From Candidatus Electronema aureum (lineage in GTDB: Bacteria; Desulfobacterota; Desulfobulbia; Desulfobulbales; Desulfobulbaceae): DNA of 11,019 nucleotides. The number at the start of each line of letters is the position of its first letter. Position 1 is the stretch's first letter. Below the pieces are notes generated by a model. The model did no database searches. It had not been told where the DNA came from and worked only from the letters and a program-made list of their open reading frames with translations. Positions 6,224 to 11,019 of this stretch are shown piece after piece. Both the position numbers and the translations under genes were made by a program. The stretch spans positions 1 through 11,019 of the forward strand of contig NQJD01000054.1 in the NCBI GenBank assembly GCA_004284765.1. Direction: 5' to 3'.

Positions 6224-6901
6224 ATGGCTACATTTCTCAACACCAGCAAGATCAATTTCTTGCTCGACGAGCTGATTCAAACAGCTAAGGAAGAACTGAT
6301 TCTGATCAGTCCCTTCCTCAAGTTTAACGACCGGATGCAGGAGCTGCTGCACGATAAGGGCGGGCAGCGGCTTGAGGTCAACATCGTGTATGGGAAGCAA
6401 GAGCTACAACCGAACGAAACGAAGTGGCTGGCAGAACAAAAGCACATCAAGACCAGCTTCTGTAAGAACCTACATGCGAAATGCTATCTCAACGAGAACC
6501 ATTGCATCATCACCAGCATGAATCTGTATGACTTCAGCCAGGTGAACAACAATGAAATGGGGGTGTCGTTCTCGAAGACGCAGGATAAGCTGCTGTATAA
6601 TGGCGCGTATGAGGAGGCACAGCGGCTGCTCCGCATCAGCGGCGAGAACAAGCCCGCAGTGCCAGCGTCCGAGCAGCATCAGGAATGGAGCAAGCTGACC
6701 ACGGCCAAGCTGGCAGAACACCTTGGCAAGTCAAGCAATGAGATATTCGGCCTGCTGCTGAAAGAAGGCTATCTGGAGATGATCAAGGGAAGTTACGAGC
6801 TAACCGAGAAGGGGCGAAAAGTGGCAGGTGGTGAGAAGAGAATAAGTAAATACGGAGGTGCTCCGTATTTCCTCTGGAACAAGCCGAAGCCAAAGCAATA
6901 A
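6224..6901 (+). CDS. Single-HKD phospholipase D-family (Nuc/BfiI-like) nuclease with a C-terminal wHTH-like domain
   Basis: GGAG at 6213-6216 lies 7 nt before the ATG. The N-terminal LDELIQTAKEELILISPFL is the usual PLD-fold opening. The HKD-type motif is NLHAKCYLNENHCIITSMNL (nt 6473-6523: H84-x-K86, N90/E91 in the Asp position, T-S-x-N100 for G-S-x-N). The C-terminal ~75 aa (WSKLTTAKLAEHLGKSSNEIFGLLLKEGYLEMIKGSYELTEKGRKVAGG...) reads like a helix-turn-helix plus wing. Confidence 0.7.
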   Translation: MATFLNTSKINFLLDELIQTAKEELILISPFLKFNDRMQELLHDKGGQRLEVNIVYGKQELQPNETKWLAEQKHIKTSFCKNLHAKCYLNENHCIITSMNLYDFSQVNNNEMGVSFSKTQDKLLYNGAYEEAQRLLRISGENKPAVPASEQHQEWSKLTTAKLAEHLGKSSNEIFGLLLKEGYLEMIKGSYELTEKGRKVAGGEKRISKYGGAPYFLWNKPKPKQ

Positions 6902-6913
6902 AGTAGACCTTAT

Positions 6914-7954
6914 TCATTCCACTTCCTGTGTCACTGCCCCATTCTTCTGCGCTCTTGCCCAAGCCCGCAGATTGCCTGTCCTATCCGATTCATCCATGAT
7001 CTCCCGGCCTATAATCTCCTCAATGATGTCTTCTAAGCTGATCACACCAGTTACGCCACCGTACTCATCTACCGCCACAAAGAGATGCTGCCGCCGTTCA
7101 AAGAACTCCAGCATCACCTTGTCCAATGGTGCAATCTCTGGGACGAAATGCGCCGGACGCATGAGTTCAGCTAACCGTAACTGAGCATTGCCTATGGCTA
7201 ACGCCTCCATTACCTCGTAGCTGTGGACAATGCCGATTACGTCGTCGCTGTCTGTACCGCAGACTGGCACTCGACTATGTACCCGCAATCGCTCCTCTAG
7301 CCGCACTGCTTCGGCAACAGTGGTGTCACCGTTCATGGTGAAGGTTACGGTGCGCGGAGTCATCACTTGCCGCACGCATTTACGGCGCAGGGCAATAATG
7401 TTCGTAATCACTATCTCTTGTTCCGCACCTATCTCACCTGAACTACGGCTCAGGCGAGCTATGGTGATCAGCTCCTCAGCGGAAACGGTGTATTCAGCAG
7501 CCTTGGGGACAAGGTGGGTCACAGCTTGGCCTATCATGATCATCGGCTTGAGCAAAAAGACCATCAGCTGGAGGGGCTGGGCGATGTACGGGGCTAGCGA
7601 GGTGTTAAAGGCAACGCCAATCGTCTTAGGCAAGATTTCCGAAAACAAGAGGATGACCAAGGTGAAGAAGGCGGAAAACCAAATCAGCATATCCTCGCCG
7701 AACACCGCTGCTGCCGCTGCCCCTGCTACTGCGGCTCCCATTGTGTTAGCAATGGTGTTCAGGGTGAGGATAGCAGCAATAGGCTGATCGATGTTGCTTT
7801 TCAGCTTTCTCAGCACCGTTGCTGCGGACGGGTGTTCCTCAGCCATCATCTCAATCCGGCTGAGAGGCAGGGAATACAGGGCTGCCTCGAGTAGGCTACA
7901 GCAGGCAGACATAAGGATAGACAGGCCGCAAGCAAGAACAAGCTCCAAAAGCAT
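6914..7954 (-). CDS. CNNM/DUF21 transmembrane domain plus CBS-pair protein (HlyC/CorC-family, 'hemolysin family' transporter), lacking the CorC_HlyC C-terminal domain
   Basis: The hydrophobic N-terminal half contains LLEAALYSL...LNTIANTMGAAVAG...SEILPKTIG, which are typical DUF21/CNNM motifs. It is followed by VRQVMTPRTVTFTM...VPVCGTDSDDVIGIV and ...LFVAVDEYGGVTGVISLEDIIEEIIGEI-like CBS-pair sequence. GGAG lies 7 nt upstream of ATG 7954 on the minus strand. Confidence 0.85.
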   Translation of the reverse strand: MLLELVLACGLSILMSACCSLLEAALYSLPLSRIEMMAEEHPSAATVLRKLKSNIDQPIAAILTLNTIANTMGAAVAGAAAAAVFGEDMLIWFSAFFTLVILLFSEILPKTIGVAFNTSLAPYIAQPLQLMVFLLKPMIMIGQAVTHLVPKAAEYTVSAEELITIARLSRSSGEIGAEQEIVITNIIALRRKCVRQVMTPRTVTFTMNGDTTVAEAVRLEERLRVHSRVPVCGTDSDDVIGIVHSYEVMEALAIGNAQLRLAELMRPAHFVPEIAPLDKVMLEFFERRQHLFVAVDEYGGVTGVISLEDIIEEIIGREIMDESDRTGNLRAWARAQKNGAVTQEVE

Positions 7955-8015
7955 GATCGATCTCCGGGGGTGATTATTTTCACAATTCCCTGTATCCTAA
8001 CCGAAACGAACTATT

Positions 8016-8042
8016 TTGCCAATTGGCTGAACAGAGTATAAT
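8016..8042 (+). promoter_or_regulatory. Candidate sigma70-type promoter for pepA
   Basis: TTGCCA (8016-8021), then a 15-nt spacer, then a perfect TATAAT (8037-8042), 52 nt upstream of the pepA ATG. The spacer is shorter than the optimal 17 nt. Confidence 0.35.
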
Positions 8043-8094
8043 GGCTCCCGGTCAGCCGGAGCGCGATTAACTTTTCCATACAGAGGACGCACGC

Positions 8095-9636
8095 ATGAAG
8101 ATTGAACTGAACAAAGAAGACGTGGAGCTGTTTGAAGGTGACTTGCTGGTTTATTTCCTCCGGGAGACCGGGGGCAACGCGGTGATGTGTCCCTGCAAGG
8201 TGCTCCGGCGGAACATCAAGTACGCTTGGAAGATTGGCGACTTCTCTGGCAAGAAGGGCGAGACCTTTCTGTTCTATCCAGCTGCCGCGAGCAAGGATAT
8301 CAAACATAACTTAGCGGCTGGCCGGGTCCTGGCAGTTGGGCTAGGCAAGACCAGCGAGCAGCCAGATGCCCTGCGCGAGCAGCTCCGCTTGGCCGCAGGC
8401 ACAGCAGCGCAGCAGGCAGCTAGTCTGAAGGTAAAGAGCCTGCTGGCGGTTTTGCCAGAACACACCGGTCTCGTCGATGCTGACGTAGCAGAGTGTATCA
8501 GCGAGGGCCTGCTGCTCGGCAGCTACCGCTTTGACCGACATAAGAGCAAGAAGAAGAAAGACGATGAGCCAGTTGTCAAGATCGAGACAGTTGCCCTGCA
8601 TACGGGTGGTCTTGATCAGGATGCGGTCAAGCAGGGACTCCACCGGGGCGAGCGGGCAGCCAAGGCAGTCTGCGCGGCCAGAGACATGGCCAACGAACCA
8701 GGCAATGTCTGGACTCCTAAACGCTTTGCCGAGTTCGGCGAGAAGCTGGCCAAAGAACACGGCCTCGAATGCACGGTCATCAATAAGCCAGAGATGCGCA
8801 AGCTCGGCATGGGCGGCCTGCTCGGCGTGAGCCAAGGTTCAGTGCAGCCGCCTAAGCTGGTGGTTCTCCGCTATCAGGGCAGCGAAGAGAAGAAGGCTCC
8901 CACGCTGATGCTGGTCGGCAAGGGCCTGACCTTTGACTCCGGCGGCATCAGCCTGAAGTCACCGCTGGGCATGGAGGAGATGAAATACGACATGTGCGGC
9001 GGCGCGGCGGTGATCTGCGCCATGCAGGCCATTGCTGAGGAGAAGCTGAAGGGCATCAACGTGGTGGCTCTGATCCCGGCGAGCGAGAACCTGCCGTCCG
9101 CCACAGCCCTCAAGCCAGGCGACATCATCACCCATTTCGGCGGTATCACCTCGGAAATTGTCAACACCGACGCGGAAGGGCGACTGATTCTCGCCGACGC
9201 GCTGGCCTACGGTATTACCACCTATAAGCCAAATGCCGTGGTTGATCTCGCCACCCTGACCGGCGCGGTGATCATTGGTCTCGGTCATCACCGCAGTGGC
9301 CTGCTCGCCACGGACGACGCGCTGGCCGCGCAGATCAACGCCGCTGCTGAACGGGCAGGCGAACCGGTCTGGCGGCTACCGCTGGGGCCGGAGTATTCTA
9401 AGCAGATTAAATCCACGGTCGCGGATATTAAGAACAGCGGTGGCAAGGAAGCTGGCACGATCACTGCGGCGGCCTATTTACAGGAGTTTGTCGGCGATAC
9501 ACCTTGGGCGCATTTGGATATCGCCGGAACCGCGTGGGGATTCACCGAGAAGAGCTACGTTCCTAAAGGGCCGTCGGGGATTGCGGTGCGCACCCTCCTC
9601 AATCTGGTGCGCGACTGGCAGGTCAGCAAGAAATAA
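8095..9636 (+). CDS. pepA: Leucyl aminopeptidase (M17 family)
   Basis: Contains VGKGLTFDSGGISLK, MKYDMCGGAAV and the M17 signature NTDAEGRLILADAL. The 513-aa length is typical. A purine-rich AGAGGA lies 7 nt upstream of the ATG. Confidence 0.93.
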   Translation: MKIELNKEDVELFEGDLLVYFLRETGGNAVMCPCKVLRRNIKYAWKIGDFSGKKGETFLFYPAAASKDIKHNLAAGRVLAVGLGKTSEQPDALREQLRLAAGTAAQQAASLKVKSLLAVLPEHTGLVDADVAECISEGLLLGSYRFDRHKSKKKKDDEPVVKIETVALHTGGLDQDAVKQGLHRGERAAKAVCAARDMANEPGNVWTPKRFAEFGEKLAKEHGLECTVINKPEMRKLGMGGLLGVSQGSVQPPKLVVLRYQGSEEKKAPTLMLVGKGLTFDSGGISLKSPLGMEEMKYDMCGGAAVICAMQAIAEEKLKGINVVALIPASENLPSATALKPGDIITHFGGITSEIVNTDAEGRLILADALAYGITTYKPNAVVDLATLTGAVIIGLGHHRSGLLATDDALAAQINAAAERAGEPVWRLPLGPEYSKQIKSTVADIKNSGGKEAGTITAAAYLQEFVGDTPWAHLDIAGTAWGFTEKSYVPKGPSGIAVRTLLNLVRDWQVSKK

Positions 9637-9673
9637 CCTCGAACTTCCCTAATAATACAGCAAGGAGAATACG

Positions 9674-10675
9674 ATGCCAAAACGCAAAGGCATTACCGTC
9701 AGCCGCCAGATCATGGACAGCCAGCACAGACACCCGGAAGCCACAGGCGAGCTGACTGGCCTGCTCAACGACCTGATCGTGGCGGCCAAGATCATCAATT
9801 CTGAAGTCAACATGGCCGGTCTGGCCGGAATACTGGGGCAGTCAGGCCAGATCAACGTCCAGGGCGAGCAGGTACAGAAGTTAGACGATTTCGCCAACCT
9901 AACCATCAAGCGGCGCATGGAGCAATGCGGCTATGTCTGCATCATGGCTTCGGAAGAGGACGACGGCGTGATTCCGGTGTTGGACAGCTACGCGGGCAAA
10001 TACACCGTGGCCTTTGATCCGCTGGACGGCTCGTCCAACATTGACGTGAATGTCAGCATCGGCACCATCTTTTCCATCCACCGCCGCAAGAGCGAGGGAA
10101 CGCAGGGACAGATTGCCGACTTGCTCCAGACAGGCCGCGAGCAGGTGGCGGCGGGCTACATCATCTACGGCTCCAGCACTATGCTGGTCTATACGGTCGG
10201 CGAGGGCGTGCAGGGATTCACCCTTGACCCCAGTGTCGGCGAGTTCTTCCTTTCCCATCCTGACATCAAGATCCCGCCGAAGGCCAAGTATTACAGCATT
10301 AACGAGGCCTATTCCCGCTACTGGCACGACAACACCCGCGCCTATGTCGAGCATCTGAAGGACTTGGATGAGCGCGGCGAGTGCTCCTACAGCCTGCGCT
10401 ACATCGGCTCGCTGGTGGCGGATTTCCACCGCAACTTGATCAAGGGCGGGGTCTTTGTTTATCCCAGAGACCGGAAGAGTGGCAAAGGCAAGTTGCGCCT
10501 GCTCTATGAGGCTGCACCGCTGGCCTTGTTGGTTGAACAGGCGGGTGGCCGGGCGATTGACGATGAGGGCCGCAATATCCTTGATTTGGAGCCGACTGAG
10601 CTGCATCAGCGAGTGCCGCTGATTATTGGCTCTAAGGAAGAGGTTGATCTGGCGGAGCAGTATTTCAAGAGCTAA
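9674..10675 (+). CDS. fbp: Fructose-1,6-bisphosphatase, class 1
   Basis: Contains GELTGLLNDL...AAKIINSEV, ASEEDD, FDPLDGSSNIDVNVSIGTIFSI, YGSSTMLVYT, RYIGSLVADFHRNL and GKLRLLYEAAPLA, all hallmark FBPase class-I motifs. AAGGAG lies 6 nt upstream of the ATG. The gene is 37 nt downstream of pepA and is probably co-transcribed. Confidence 0.93.
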   Translation: MPKRKGITVSRQIMDSQHRHPEATGELTGLLNDLIVAAKIINSEVNMAGLAGILGQSGQINVQGEQVQKLDDFANLTIKRRMEQCGYVCIMASEEDDGVIPVLDSYAGKYTVAFDPLDGSSNIDVNVSIGTIFSIHRRKSEGTQGQIADLLQTGREQVAAGYIIYGSSTMLVYTVGEGVQGFTLDPSVGEFFLSHPDIKIPPKAKYYSINEAYSRYWHDNTRAYVEHLKDLDERGECSYSLRYIGSLVADFHRNLIKGGVFVYPRDRKSGKGKLRLLYEAAPLALLVEQAGGRAIDDEGRNILDLEPTELHQRVPLIIGSKEEVDLAEQYFKS

Positions 10676-10703
10676 GGATTAGACCATCCGCGCAGAACAA
10701 GCA

Positions 10704-10744
10704 AAAGGGAGGGCAGAGTAGTTCTGTCCTCCCTTTGCTATTTT
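10704..10744 (+). terminator. Rho-independent terminator after fbp
   Basis: AAAGGGAGGGCAGA (10704-10717) pairs with TCTGTCCTCCCTTT (10723-10736) to form a 14-bp stem with one G-U pair and a 5-nt loop. GCTATTTT follows. It begins 28 nt after the fbp stop. Confidence 0.8.
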
Positions 10745-10795
10745 CGGGAAGATATTCAGAAAATGAGAATTATAGCATTTAAGTTTTTAGATCGT

Positions 10796-11019
10796 CTAAA
10801 AAACCGTCTCGACGCAAACGCTTAAACTCTTGATGCCGTCAGCTATTTTTTTAATTTTCGCCTTCATGGAAGCCAAAAATTTTTCTATCGGGTTTAAATC
10901 AGGGGAATAAGGCGGCAAAAAAAGCAGCCTGCAAGAAAACTTTTTCACAAGCTCCTTCGTTTTTTCTGATTTATGAAAACTTGCGTTGTCCATCACAACA
11001 AGAGAATTTTTGGGAATTT
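10796..11019 (-). CDS. IS630/Tc1-mariner-family DDE transposase, C-terminal part (partial; continues past the right window edge)
   Basis: The minus-strand frame is open to the window edge: ..IPKNSLVVMDNASFHKSEKTKELVKKFSCRLLFLPPYSPDLNPIEKFLASMKAKIKK... The 'DNAxxHK' and 'LPPYSPxLNPIE' pair is the signature second-D and E region of IS630-family transposases. The GTG start in the ORF track is an artefact of the window edge. The region is markedly AT-rich. Confidence 0.85.
   Translation of the reverse strand, partial: IPKNSLVVMDNASFHKSEKTKELVKKFSCRLLFLPPYSPDLNPIEKFLASMKAKIKKIADGIKSLSVCVETVF

Noticed and set aside
6896-6918. Possible bidirectional terminator between the convergent PLD and CNNM genes
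   Set aside because: Only a 5-bp all-A/T inverted repeat (AATAA/TTATT) is present in the 12-bp gap, which is not a credible stem.
8043-8064. Small hairpin (GCTCC..GGAGC with an inner GG/CC) in the pepA 5' leader as a regulatory element
   Set aside because: It has only about 7 bp with a bulge and no flanking conserved features, so it is indistinguishable from chance.
8011-8307. 98-aa minus-strand ORF across the pepA start and promoter region
   Set aside because: It overlaps the pepA 5' end in antisense and would run through the divergent promoter region. It has no motif or RBS.
9899-10606. 235-aa minus-strand ORF inside fbp
   Set aside because: It is antisense to a class-1 FBPase with all hallmark motifs. 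It is a low-complexity A/L/R/V-rich shadow ORF.
1-11019. The window as the interior of a composite transposon bounded by the two IS elements
   Set aside because: The flanking transposases belong to unrelated families (IS4/IS982-like versus IS630-like). The interior is mostly core metabolism genes with native-looking composition.

Overview
Mosaic chromosomal window. All family calls come from motif recognition by eye; no searches were run. No tRNA, rRNA or CRISPR array was seen.

Both edges carry partial transposase genes of unrelated IS families:
- Left (1-187, minus strand): the 5' end of an IS4/IS982-type DDE transposase.
- Right (10796-11019, minus strand): the 3' part of an IS630/Tc1-mariner-type transposase.

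Between them lie three parts:
1. A ~3.8 kb accessory segment (209-4028) that reads as the remains of one very large NACHT-type STAND protein. The P-loop is missing because the IS abuts its 5' end. The body is split into 846-aa and 388-aa ORFs at an A7 tract. The C-terminus carries a PD-(D/E)xK nuclease motif. This is a candidate NLR-like antiphage gene with an unusual C-terminal effector, and it appears to be decaying.
2. A GC-richer housekeeping block: transketolase (fused short type), a CNNM/CBS (CorC/HlyC-family) membrane protein on the minus strand, leucyl aminopeptidase PepA, and class-1 fructose-1,6-bisphosphatase.
3. Between tkt and the CNNM gene, a lower-GC orphan gene for a single-HKD phospholipase-D-family nuclease with a wHTH-like C-terminal tail. 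It is preceded by five tandem 23-bp units, each centred on an AAGGYRCCTT-type palindrome.
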